From an uncultured Candidatus Binatia bacterium (lineage in GTDB: Bacteria; Desulfobacterota; Binatia; Bin18), in assembly GCA_965247985.1 (NCBI GenBank), contig OZ252051.1, positions 3,973,045-4,037,044 of the forward strand: a stretch of DNA of 64,000 nucleotides. The letters are read 5' to 3'. Both the position numbers and the translations under genes were made by a program. The notes beneath the pieces are model-generated. The model saw only the letters and a program-made list of their open reading frames with translations. It did no database searches and had not been told where the DNA came from. Below are positions 18,502-26,807 of the stretch, piece after piece; positions within the stretch are counted from its first letter, which is position 1, and each line of letters opens with the position of its first letter.

Positions 18502-19896
18502 ATGGAAAAGATTCTTATTGTCGATGATGAACGGAACGTCCACTATTCCTTTCGACGCGTCCTCGGTCAGGAATACGAATTGCTGTCAGCATTCTCCGGT
18601 GTCGAAGCGCTGGAAAAAATAGACGATCCGGCCTTACGGCTCATCCTCATGGACGTACGCATGCCCAACCGCGACGGACTCTCTACGCTAGAAGAAATCA
18701 AACAGCGCCGGCCAACCATCCCCGTCATCATGATGACGGCTTTTGTTTCAGCCGAAACGGCCATCCGGTCTACCACGCTCGATGCGGATGACTATCTGGT
18801 CAAGCCGTTTGATGTCGAAACCCTGAAGCAGCTTATTGTCCGGACGCTCCAAAAACATCCCTCCGAAGACCCCACCATTCCCCCGGACAGAGCGAGTACG
18901 GAAACACTGCCGCCCGAGGCGGTTCCCATGTTAGGGAACAGTCAGGCTATGCAGGAAGTGTATAAAATTATCGGCAAAAGTGCGGCGCGTGACATTACGA
19001 TTTTGATTACCGGCGAAAGCGGTACGGGCAAAGAGCTTGTTGCCCACGCCCTGCATACCTACTCGCAACGCAGTAACGGACCGTTCCTGGCAATTAATTG
19101 TGCAGCCATTCCGGACTCCCTTCTGGAAAGTGAGCTGTTTGGCCATGAGCGCGGCGCCTTTTCCGGGGCAGTCGAATCACGCCCAGGGAAATTTGAGCTC
19201 GCCCACGGCGGAACGCTATTCTTGGATGAAATTGGAGACATGCCACCCCTCCTCCAGGCCAAACTGCTCCGCGTTTTGCAGGAACGCGAGATATACCGGC
19301 TGGGAGGACGGAAGTCGCGGCAGATAAACGTGCGTATTATTGCGGCGACCAACCAAGCACTCGAAACGCTGCTTCAAGATGGACGGTTTCGTGAAGACTT
19401 ATACTATCGACTCAATGTCGTGCGGATTAATCTGCCGCCTTTGCGGGAGCGCGGTGAAGACATCCTCCTCATAGCCAAGCATCTCCTTCAACTGCACACC
19501 CAGGACAATAAAAACGGACCGCAAGAGTTTTCTTCGACCGCAGGTGAGAAACTCCTCTCCTATCCCTGGCCTGGCAATGTGCGAGAGCTTGAGAACGTTA
19601 TTGCCCAAGCCGTATTGTACACACGGGGTCCCGTCATCACTGAAGAGGACCTCACCATGCCCACCACCGGTGCGCAGGCAAGCCTCGAACCCACACCACC
19701 AAGCGTCGAAGCCGCCCTGAATACAACCCTGGAGGAGCTGTTTGCGCAGCATGCGGGCAATGTCCTTGCTCGCTCTGAGCAGCTCGTTGTCAGCAAAGCG
19801 CTTGAACTCTCTCGCTACAATCAAGTCCAGGCCGCTCGTCTGCTGGGCGTAAGCCGCAATGTCCTGCGGGAGCGGATGAAACGCTATAATTTGTGA
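18502..19896 (+). CDS. Sigma-54-dependent response regulator (NtrC family: REC + AAA+ + Fis-type HTH)
   Basis: Start at MEKILIVDDE (REC; MDVRMP). AAA+ motifs GESGTGKE, GAFSGA (GAFTGA variant) and RVIAATN. C-terminal HTH QVQAARLLGVSRNVLRERM. The track ORF start at 18280 overlaps the kinase and is rejected. Confidence 0.9.
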   Translation: MEKILIVDDERNVHYSFRRVLGQEYELLSAFSGVEALEKIDDPALRLILMDVRMPNRDGLSTLEEIKQRRPTIPVIMMTAFVSAETAIRSTTLDADDYLVKPFDVETLKQLIVRTLQKHPSEDPTIPPDRASTETLPPEAVPMLGNSQAMQEVYKIIGKSAARDITILITGESGTGKELVAHALHTYSQRSNGPFLAINCAAIPDSLLESELFGHERGAFSGAVESRPGKFELAHGGTLFLDEIGDMPPLLQAKLLRVLQEREIYRLGGRKSRQINVRIIAATNQALETLLQDGRFREDLYYRLNVVRINLPPLRERGEDILLIAKHLLQLHTQDNKNGPQEFSSTAGEKLLSYPWPGNVRELENVIAQAVLYTRGPVITEEDLTMPTTGAQASLEPTPPSVEAALNTTLEELFAQHAGNVLARSEQLVVSKALELSRYNQVQAARLLGVSRNVLRERMKRYNL

Positions 19897-19954
19897 CTGG
19901 GCGGATACCCTCACCCTGGCCCTTGTCTGTTGACGTAGCGAGGAGAGCAATTCT

Positions 19955-20137
19955 TGTAGGGTGCGCCCTGCGCACCATCCGGTAGCCGCCGGCCGGGAGC
20001 CTGGATTCCGGCTCCTGTTTTCACACGGGTGACGGTCTTTCATAGGAATGACGGGCCATGGTGTGTAGGGGCGGCTCGTGAACCGCCCGGTGGGGAACTG
20101 CGGGGTTTGAGCCTGGGAGTGCGGGCTTCCGGCCCGC
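19955..20137. repeat. Cluster of four GC-rich REP-like hairpins in a convergent spacer
   Basis: ggtgcgc/gcgcacc (19960-19976), ggagcc/ggctcc (19996-20015), gggcgg/ccgccc (20069-20088) and gcgggc/gcccgc (20121-20137). Two are prefixed by TGTAGGG. Confidence 0.5.
19996..20022 (+). terminator. Intrinsic terminator candidate after the sigma-54 activator gene
   Basis: ggagcc-tggattcc-ggctcc followed by tgttttc. Confidence 0.45.
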
Positions 20138-20148
20138 AACCGCCCCGC

Positions 20149-21888
20149 CTAGCGCCGCGTCACAACCTGGGCCTCCGCCGACCGCAGCACGTCTTGTAAG
20201 CGTTGCCACAGCTCTCCCGCATCCCCGGCCTGAACCAGGCCGTGCCGCACCTCTTCTGCCCCCATACTGCGGGCTAATGCCGCCAGAATCTGTAACTGTG
20301 CACCTTCGTCCTGAACAGGCGTAAGCAGCAGAAAGACCAACTGCACGGGCAAACCATCCGGTGCGTCCCAATCGACCCCAGCCAGCGAACGTCCACAGGT
20401 AAGCACAGGTTTCGAGAGAGTCGCCAAACGGGCGTGCGGGATGGCAATCCCACTCCCGACTCCGGTTCCCATCAGTTCTTCCCGAGCGTATACCTCCGTG
20501 AATAAAGTTTCCCCGTCCAACATCGGACTATGTTCCGCTATTTCCTGACAGAGTTCCTGGATGACCGCCTGACGTGTCAGGCCGGTCAAATGAGGAATCA
20601 GAGCCCGACGGACAAACAGCTCACCGATATTCATGGCCGGCCGGCGTCGAATCGACCACATCAGCCAGGGTCCGACAATCAGAGAAGAGATAATCGCCGA
20701 GAGGACAATGGAAACAAAGACTGGAATGGTAATGATCTGATACTCTACCGCCACCGCGGCAACCACAATGCCGGTCACGCCACTGGGAGTAAAAGCAATA
20801 CCGATTGAAACCCGATCTCCGGGAGACAGGCCGGCCTGTTGAGCTCCCAGCCAGGCCCCAAAATACTTCCCTCCGATTGATACCACGGTCACAAAAAAGA
20901 CCAGAAAGACATCGAAGTTTGCAAAGAAGTCTATTTGCAGGGCGATAGTCGCAAAATAGAGCGGCACAAAAATCGCGTGGACCATCTGGGTCAGGATCTG
21001 CCGTACCCGCTCAGAAAGTGCCCCGGCATCCCCAGCCATAATCCCGGCCAGAAAAAACCCAAGCAGGGCAGTCAGCCCGACCCACTGGGTGACTGCCCCA
21101 CACAGCAACCCTAAGCAACACACAAAGGTGAGGACAATGCCGGGTTGGCGCGGTAAGCGTTTGACCAGTCCGGTCAGCGATTGGTCAACAATGCGTAAAC
21201 CCAGCGAGAGACAAAAGGCGGTAAAGCCGACTGCGGTCCCCAGCAGGAGGATGACCGAACCAACACTCAGGCTGGCCGCGGCCGCGGTCGCGAATACCAG
21301 GCTGAGAATCACCCAGGCCAAAATATCGTTCACCGCATAGCCACACAGGGTTAACAACCCCAAATCACTCTTGACCAAATCTAGGTCGTGCAGTACGCGG
21401 GCGATAATGACCATGGCACTGATGGCCATGGTCGTGCCTAAAAAGAGGGCGAAGGTCACCCGCTGGTCCGGCATGGCGAGGTAATAGTCAGGCAGCAACA
21501 GCGATAAGAGAAAGCCAACGGTCAGGGGAACGATCACGCCAATAATGCCAATGCGGAGGGCGGGGCCGCGTTGCTGCCAGGCCGCGGACACGTCGACTTC
21601 AAGACCCGTCTCAAGCAAGAGCAGCAGCACGCCAAACCATGAGACCGTTTCCAGCATAGTGTATTGGATCGGGTCGGGCGGAAACAAGGTCTGGTACAGT
21701 TCGGGAAAGAGCCGTCCAAGCAGCGTGGGGCCAAGGAGCAGACCAACCAGGATTTCCCCAACAACGGGCGGATGGCCCCAATGGCGTAAGACTTCACCAA
21801 ACCCACGTGCCATCACCAGCAACAGCAGGATCTGAAGCAGAAAAATCAGAAAATGGTGTTCATTCAGATAATGTCCATGCGGAAGCAT
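20149..21888 (-). CDS. CPA2 cation:proton antiporter fused to a C-terminal PTS EIIA(Ntr/Fru)-type domain
   Basis: About 410 aa of Na_H_Exchanger-type TM helices (VVGEILVGLLLGPTLLG), followed by LTGLTRQAVIQELCQEI...REELMGTGVGSGIAIPHARL...VQLVFLLLTP, an EIIA type 2 pattern with the phospho-His. Confidence 0.85.
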   Translation of the reverse strand: MLPHGHYLNEHHFLIFLLQILLLLVMARGFGEVLRHWGHPPVVGEILVGLLLGPTLLGRLFPELYQTLFPPDPIQYTMLETVSWFGVLLLLLETGLEVDVSAAWQQRGPALRIGIIGVIVPLTVGFLLSLLLPDYYLAMPDQRVTFALFLGTTMAISAMVIIARVLHDLDLVKSDLGLLTLCGYAVNDILAWVILSLVFATAAAASLSVGSVILLLGTAVGFTAFCLSLGLRIVDQSLTGLVKRLPRQPGIVLTFVCCLGLLCGAVTQWVGLTALLGFFLAGIMAGDAGALSERVRQILTQMVHAIFVPLYFATIALQIDFFANFDVFLVFFVTVVSIGGKYFGAWLGAQQAGLSPGDRVSIGIAFTPSGVTGIVVAAVAVEYQIITIPVFVSIVLSAIISSLIVGPWLMWSIRRRPAMNIGELFVRRALIPHLTGLTRQAVIQELCQEIAEHSPMLDGETLFTEVYAREELMGTGVGSGIAIPHARLATLSKPVLTCGRSLAGVDWDAPDGLPVQLVFLLLTPVQDEGAQLQILAALARSMGAEEVRHGLVQAGDAGELWQRLQDVLRSAEAQVVTRR

Positions 21889-22092
21889 ACGCGTACCACC
21901 AGCGAGGGCTCGTATTTAACTGCCTGCCTTCTTTATCCGTTGAGACCCCCCAAAGTCAAAAGGGAGGAGCAGGATGGTTTCTTTGCCGTGGCCTTCTCTT
22001 TGCTATGGATACTATGGATAAAGAGGACTTCCCTGGTTCCGAGTCGTCTCGGGCCGCAGGACGCTCGGAGCACGCACGGAGAGGAGACGCTG

Positions 22093-22482
22093 ATGTTGAT
22101 TGAGACCACATCCCCCGCCTTCCCGGCATCCCCCGCATACGGATTATACGGAGAATGCGGACCGCCTGATTTTCTCCCAATCGGGGTCTCCATTGGAGCC
22201 CCGCAAGCACGACCGCCCCAGCACGAAAGCCCCCGCCAGAAACTCTGGTGGGCAGTTATTATCGATGCCTTTTTTGTAAGAGATGCAGCGCATCAGGGCA
22301 ATAAGGGAGCGCGGCCACAGTACGAGCGGGATCAAACCTGGATTGCAGACGAGAGTGAAGGGCTCTTATCTTTTCGCTGGACGTGTACGCAGCTCGGTCT
22401 TGACCCGCAGCGCGTCAAACAGGCGTATCACAACATGCCCATCGAAAGTTGGGGGAAACGAAAACGCCGCACTCGACTGTGA
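22093..22482 (+). CDS. Hypothetical protein (129 aa)
   Basis: Protein-like only from MLIETTS onward (LWWAVIIDAFF...LLSFRWTCTQLGLDPQRVKQAY). The upstream part of the track ORF overlaps the antiporter start. Function unknown. Confidence 0.35.
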   Translation: MLIETTSPAFPASPAYGLYGECGPPDFLPIGVSIGAPQARPPQHESPRQKLWWAVIIDAFFVRDAAHQGNKGARPQYERDQTWIADESEGLLSFRWTCTQLGLDPQRVKQAYHNMPIESWGKRKRRTRL

Positions 22483-22486
22483 GGAA

Positions 22487-22573
22487 GGGATTGGGGATTA
22501 GGAAGGGCAACCACAACGGGTTGCCCCTATCATTGTGCCTGCCCTAACCCCCAATCCCCAACACCTAATCCCC
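22487..22573. repeat. Nested palindromic element (outer 16-nt arms + inner hairpin)
   Basis: Outer arms gggattggggattagg (22487-22502) and cctaacccccaatccc (22543-22558, 1 mismatch). Inner hairpin gggcaacc-acaacg-ggttgccc (22505-22526). An extra cctaatcccc lies at 22564-22573. Confidence 0.6.
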
Positions 22574-22681
22574 TCTGGAAACTGTTGTCTCAGCAGCAGG
22601 AAACAACACAGTCATGCTGAAAAGATGGGCAGCTCAAAACGGCGGCAACTCAAAAATACGGCCTTTTCCGCTCTTTCAGCT

Positions 22682-22697
22682 TGGCATGCTTCCTGCT
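22682..22697 (+). promoter_or_regulatory. Sigma-54 (-24/-12) promoter candidate upstream of the second porin gene
   Basis: TGGCATgcttcCTGCT. GG-N10-GC spacing is exact. It lies about 270 nt upstream of the ATG at 22967. Confidence 0.5.
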
Positions 22698-22966
22698 CCT
22701 GTTTATTACCTATGTGTGAGTCAGAGCTCTTGATTGAGTTTGATGAAGAGAGTTTCCCTTCCTTCCGCTCTCTTCTAGGTTGCCCCGGGGGCGGTTGTCC
22801 CTCCGACCGCCCCCGCCCCTCTCTCTTTTCCGATCAAATATCGTTCCCTTTTTTACATTCACAAGCTATGAATTCTCAAGCCGCTCAAGGATAAAGAACA
22901 CAATTGTTTAGCCTGTCTTGCTCTGCCGAAACGCTGAGCAAGGCATACAGACGAGGGAGAGAGAGA

Positions 22967-24508
22967 ATGATGCAAGGCCTAAGAAGTTTTACAGAATACA
23001 CCAGATACACCAGGACGACCTATCGAAAGGCATCGGCTTTCATCCAACGAGGCTGTCCCTCGCTGCTCGTCCTCTGGCTCCTTATTGTGTGGCCCGCTCC
23101 GCTTCAGGCGGAAGTCCCAATCACCCAGATTTCCCCAAAGCTGTCAGTTTTCGCGAGCCTGCGCGCGCGGGGCGAGTTCTGGGACTGGTTCAAAGGCAGC
23201 TCGGGCGATTCCTCGTATTCCTATGCGGCCACCGTAGCCAAGCTGGGCCTGAAATGGCAGCAAGACCTGTTTGACCTGTACCTTGAGGCGCAAAACACCG
23301 CTTTGATGGGTCTGCCCGATGACGCCAGCGCTCCTGCCCCGCAGGGCGCCTTCGGCCTGGGCCCCGTCTATCTGTCCCATAATCGCCGCCAGAACGACGC
23401 CAGCGTATTTCTCAAACAGGCCCACCTGACCCTCAAACAGCTCGGTATCCCCGGCCTGCGCCTGAGGGGCGGACGGCACTCGATCGCCGAGGGCGCAGAA
23501 GTGCTGAGCAAGGACCCGACCATTGACTGGATCAAGAAAATGCGCGTCTCCCAGCGTCTGCTCGGCCCCTTTGGTTGGTCCCATATCGGACGCTCCTATG
23601 ACGGCTTCACCCTGAGCTGGACCAAGGACGCCTACAACTTCACGCTGCACGGCTCCCATCCGACCCAGGCCGGTTTTGACCTGGCCGGGAACAAGACCAT
23701 AACCGACATCGACATCCTGTACGTCGGCTTCAATCTCACCCGGCCCGAGTTCGCCAAGACGACCGACGCGCGGCTGTTCTACATCTACTACGCCGACGGG
23801 CGGAATCTGCGGCCCACCGATAACCGGCCGACGGCCGTCCGCAACGTCGACCGCCGTCACCTGGCCATCAACACGGGCGGTGGCCACCTGATTCATGTCG
23901 TGCCGACCGGGGCCGGTCCGATTGACCTGATGGGCTGGGGCGTGGTGCAGGGCGGCGACTGGGGCCGGCAGGATCATCGCGGCTGGGCGTTTGCCGCCGA
24001 GGTCGGCTGGCAACCCGGCGGGCTGCCGGGGAAACCCTGGCTTCGGTTTGGCTATAACCGCAGCTCGGGCGACGACGACCCCAACGACGGCGACCACGAC
24101 ACCTTTTTCCAGATGCTGCCGACCGCTCGGGTGTATTCGTTTTCGACCTTCTACAATCTGATGAATAACGAAGATATCTTCTTCCAACTCATACTGCGTC
24201 CGCTCAAAGGGCTGGTCTGGCGCACGGACTTTCACTATATCCGCGTCAGCGAGAAGAATGACCTGTGGTATCAGGGCGCTGGCGCGACCCTGGGAGACCG
24301 GCAGGGAGGCTTTGGCTTTGCCGGCCGGCCGACCTTTGGCAAGCGCGACTTGTTTCAGATTATCGAAACCAGCCTCAGCTACAACCTGAACAAACACATC
24401 AACGTCAATGTCTTTTTTGCCCACGTCTTCGGCGACAGCATCGTAGACCAGATCTATCCCGACGATAGCGCCAATTTTGGCTATATTGAGACGACCTTGA
24501 AGTTTTAG
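22967..24508 (+). CDS. Outer-membrane porin, alginate-export (AlgE)-like beta-barrel
   Basis: Start MMQGLRS after GAGGGAGAGAGAGA. Signal-like LLVLWLLIVWPAPLQAEV. Beta-barrel periodicity and a C-terminal ...FGYIETTLKF (terminal Phe). Confidence 0.65.
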   Translation: MMQGLRSFTEYTRYTRTTYRKASAFIQRGCPSLLVLWLLIVWPAPLQAEVPITQISPKLSVFASLRARGEFWDWFKGSSGDSSYSYAATVAKLGLKWQQDLFDLYLEAQNTALMGLPDDASAPAPQGAFGLGPVYLSHNRRQNDASVFLKQAHLTLKQLGIPGLRLRGGRHSIAEGAEVLSKDPTIDWIKKMRVSQRLLGPFGWSHIGRSYDGFTLSWTKDAYNFTLHGSHPTQAGFDLAGNKTITDIDILYVGFNLTRPEFAKTTDARLFYIYYADGRNLRPTDNRPTAVRNVDRRHLAINTGGGHLIHVVPTGAGPIDLMGWGVVQGGDWGRQDHRGWAFAAEVGWQPGGLPGKPWLRFGYNRSSGDDDPNDGDHDTFFQMLPTARVYSFSTFYNLMNNEDIFFQLILRPLKGLVWRTDFHYIRVSEKNDLWYQGAGATLGDRQGGFGFAGRPTFGKRDLFQIIETSLSYNLNKHINVNVFFAHVFGDSIVDQIYPDDSANFGYIETTLKF

Positions 24509-24544
24509 TTTTTCTCAGACATACGGGTTCTCACAAGGAAAGGA

Positions 24545-24571
24545 GGGGCAGCTCAGGCTGTCCCTTTTTTT
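24545..24571 (+). terminator. Rho-independent terminator after the porin gene
   Basis: ggggcagc-tcag-gctgtccc (one G.U pair) followed by T7. Confidence 0.7.
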
Positions 24572-24711
24572 GTCTTCCTTTTCCTCTTCGACCTGTAAAA
24601 ATCGAGGTGTATGTCCTTTTTCTTTATGGTTACAGAGTATGTTCTTCTGCGAGGTCCGAGCAATCCCTCTATTCTGGGTGAACCTCCTGTCCCATCAGCC
24701 AGATGTTGCTT

Positions 24712-24750
24712 AGCCAACAATTCATTGCTTCTCTGCCTATATTGTTGGCT
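24712..24750. promoter_or_regulatory. 10-bp inverted repeat about 100-135 bp upstream of the cyn sigma-54 promoter (candidate activator site)
   Basis: agccaacaat-N19-attgttggct. The position is appropriate for a bEBP upstream activating sequence. Confidence 0.3.
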
Positions 24751-24848
24751 GATCCGTTCCCTCTCGCCGGGTGCTCCCCCTCTCTTCCGAATGTCCAACT
24801 CCCCAGGGCTGCTGGTATTTTTCGCGTTCTTTCCCAAGCGGTCTCTAT

Positions 24849-24864
24849 TGGCATGCATGTTGCT
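24849..24864 (+). promoter_or_regulatory. Sigma-54 (-24/-12) promoter candidate upstream of the cyanate operon
   Basis: TGGCATgcatgTTGCT. GG-N10-GC spacing is exact. It ends 49 nt before the ATG at 24913. Confidence 0.6.
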
Positions 24865-24912
24865 CTTTCTGCTCCGTAGAAGGGTTAAGCACACATAAGG
24901 GAGGGTCCCTCA

Positions 24913-26280
24913 ATGCAAAGCAAGAGTTTACACGATCCCTATGATCCGCATACGTCTCTCGATCACTCCCACAGTCATGGAGAGCCGACACCGCCAGAGA
25001 CCCATTCTACACTCCAGACCCCGGAAAAAATTATCGATCGAGTAGTGGAGAATACGGTTGTCCGCGCCATATTCGGGGGTAATGATGTGAACCGCAGGCG
25101 CTTCATGCAACTCGTTGGTGCAAGTAGCGCCGCGGCCCTCATCGAGTCACTCTTTCCTCTCAAAATGGCGAAGGCCTTGGCTCAGGAACAGGTTGGCAAT
25201 ATTGAAAAGAAAGACCTGACGATTGGCTTCATCCCAATTACCTGTGCAACGCCTATTATTATGGCGGAACCCATGGGATTCTATCAAAAACACGGGCTGA
25301 ATGCGAAGGTCCGCCGCGCAGCGGGCTGGGCCATGGTTCGGGACTGGTCAATCAATAAGGACGTCGACGCAGCCCATATGCTGAGCCCGATGCCCTTGTC
25401 CATCACGTTAGGAGCCGGGTCGCAACAGGTACCGTATTTCATGCCGGCCGTTGAAAATATTAATGGCCAGGCCATCACTCTGCATACGAAGCATGCGGGC
25501 GTACAGTCCGCAAAAGATATGAAGGGCTTCCGCTTTTGTGTACCCTTTCGCTACTCCATGCACAACTATTTGCTCCGCTATTATTTAGCGGAGGGCGGAG
25601 TTCACCCAGACAAAGATGTGCAGATCCGCGTTGTTCCGCCGCCGGAAATGGTGGCTAACCTCAAAGCCGACAACGTAGACGGCTACCTGGCCCCCGACCC
25701 GTTTAACCAACGGGCGGTGTACGAAAATGCCGGATTTATTTACCTGCTGTCAAAAGAAATTTGGGATGGTCACCCCTGCTGTGCTTTCGCTATTTCTCAG
25801 GAATTCGCCACAACATACCCCAATACATTCCTGGCCCTGTTTAGGTCTATTGTTGATGCAACCCATTACGCCTCAAAGCTCGAAAACCGTAAAGATATCG
25901 CAAAAGCCATTGCGCCGAAAAACTATCTCAACCAGCCTACCATTGTGCTCGAACAGGTCCTCACCGGAAAATTTGCTGACGGCCTTGGCAATATTAAGAC
26001 CGTGCCGGACCGGATCGATTTCGACCCATTCCCCTGGCACTCAATGGCAGTCTGGATACTGACCCAGATGAAGCGCTGGAAGCATGTCGAAGGCGATTTC
26101 GATTACAAGAAGATTGCAGAAGAAGTGTATCTCGCCTCAGAATGCGACAAAATCTCTCGGGAACTCGGCTATGACGTTCACCAACAGACCTATAGCTCCC
26201 ACGTTCTCATGGGAAAAACTTTTGATCCCAACCAGCCAGAGGAATATCTCAAAAGCTTTCCCATAAATAATCTGACATAA
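24913..26280 (+). CDS. ABC transporter substrate-binding protein, NrtA/CmpA/CynA family (Tat signal)
   Basis: Twin-arginine NRRRFMQLVGASSAAALIE. NMT1/NrtA-like body (LTIGFIPITCATPIIMAE, YLAPDPFNQRAV, HPCCAF). Confidence 0.85.
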   Translation: MQSKSLHDPYDPHTSLDHSHSHGEPTPPETHSTLQTPEKIIDRVVENTVVRAIFGGNDVNRRRFMQLVGASSAAALIESLFPLKMAKALAQEQVGNIEKKDLTIGFIPITCATPIIMAEPMGFYQKHGLNAKVRRAAGWAMVRDWSINKDVDAAHMLSPMPLSITLGAGSQQVPYFMPAVENINGQAITLHTKHAGVQSAKDMKGFRFCVPFRYSMHNYLLRYYLAEGGVHPDKDVQIRVVPPPEMVANLKADNVDGYLAPDPFNQRAVYENAGFIYLLSKEIWDGHPCCAFAISQEFATTYPNTFLALFRSIVDATHYASKLENRKDIAKAIAPKNYLNQPTIVLEQVLTGKFADGLGNIKTVPDRIDFDPFPWHSMAVWILTQMKRWKHVEGDFDYKKIAEEVYLASECDKISRELGYDVHQQTYSSHVLMGKTFDPNQPEEYLKSFPINNLT

Positions 26281-26363
26281 ACACAGCAGAGAGAGGTCAG
26301 CCGATTCCGGCCCCTCAGCGTACGTCAAAAGGAAACAAACATCACAAAAATGGAGGATGGAAT

Positions 26364-26807
26364 ATGACACGGAGCGACGCAACAGCTCTCCTACTCGTAG
26401 CCAAGAAAGACAAAGGGCTCTCTTTTAGCGATATCGCAACAATTCTGGGAAGAGACAAAGTGTGGGTCGCTGCGGCCTTTATGGGCCAAGCCACATTATC
26501 TGCGGAAGAGGCTGAGCGGCTGAGCGAGCTCTTAGGCGTGGCACCGGATGTGACCCTGCCCCTGCAAGAGCCTCCCTTAAAAGGGGCCTTGGACGGCACG
26601 GTTCCGGTTGATCCCCTGATCTATCGCTTTCACGAAATCACTCAGATTTACGGAACAGCCATGAAAGCGGTGATCCATGAAATGTTCGGCGATGGCATTA
26701 TGAGCGCCATCGACTTTGAAATTGATATTCAGAAAAAGGCAGACCCCAAAGGAGATCGAGTGATTGTGACCTATAGTGGAAAATTTCTCCCGTACCGGAA
26801 ATGGTGA
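26364..26807 (+). CDS. cynS: Cyanase (cyanate hydratase/lyase)
   Basis: 147 aa. N-terminal HTH-like KGLSFSDIATILGRDKVWVAAAFMGQA and C-terminal catalytic domain ...YRFHEITQIYG...SAIDFEIDI...DRVIVTYSGKFLPYRKW. Confidence 0.95.
   Translation: MTRSDATALLLVAKKDKGLSFSDIATILGRDKVWVAAAFMGQATLSAEEAERLSELLGVAPDVTLPLQEPPLKGALDGTVPVDPLIYRFHEITQIYGTAMKAVIHEMFGDGIMSAIDFEIDIQKKADPKGDRVIVTYSGKFLPYRKW

Noticed and set aside
21853-22092. 5' part of the 209-aa ORF (MVFIQIMSMRKH...)
   Set aside because: It overlaps the start of the antiporter gene on the opposite strand and is not protein-like. Only the part from 22093 onward is retained, as a low-confidence CDS.
23144-24424. 426-aa ORF on the minus strand
   Set aside because: It is entirely antisense to the AlgE-like porin gene. 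Its Arg/Gly/Ala/Pro-rich composition is typical of antisense frames in GC-rich DNA, and it has no recognisable motif or Shine-Dalgarno. The plus-strand gene has a signal peptide, beta-barrel periodicity and a terminal Phe.
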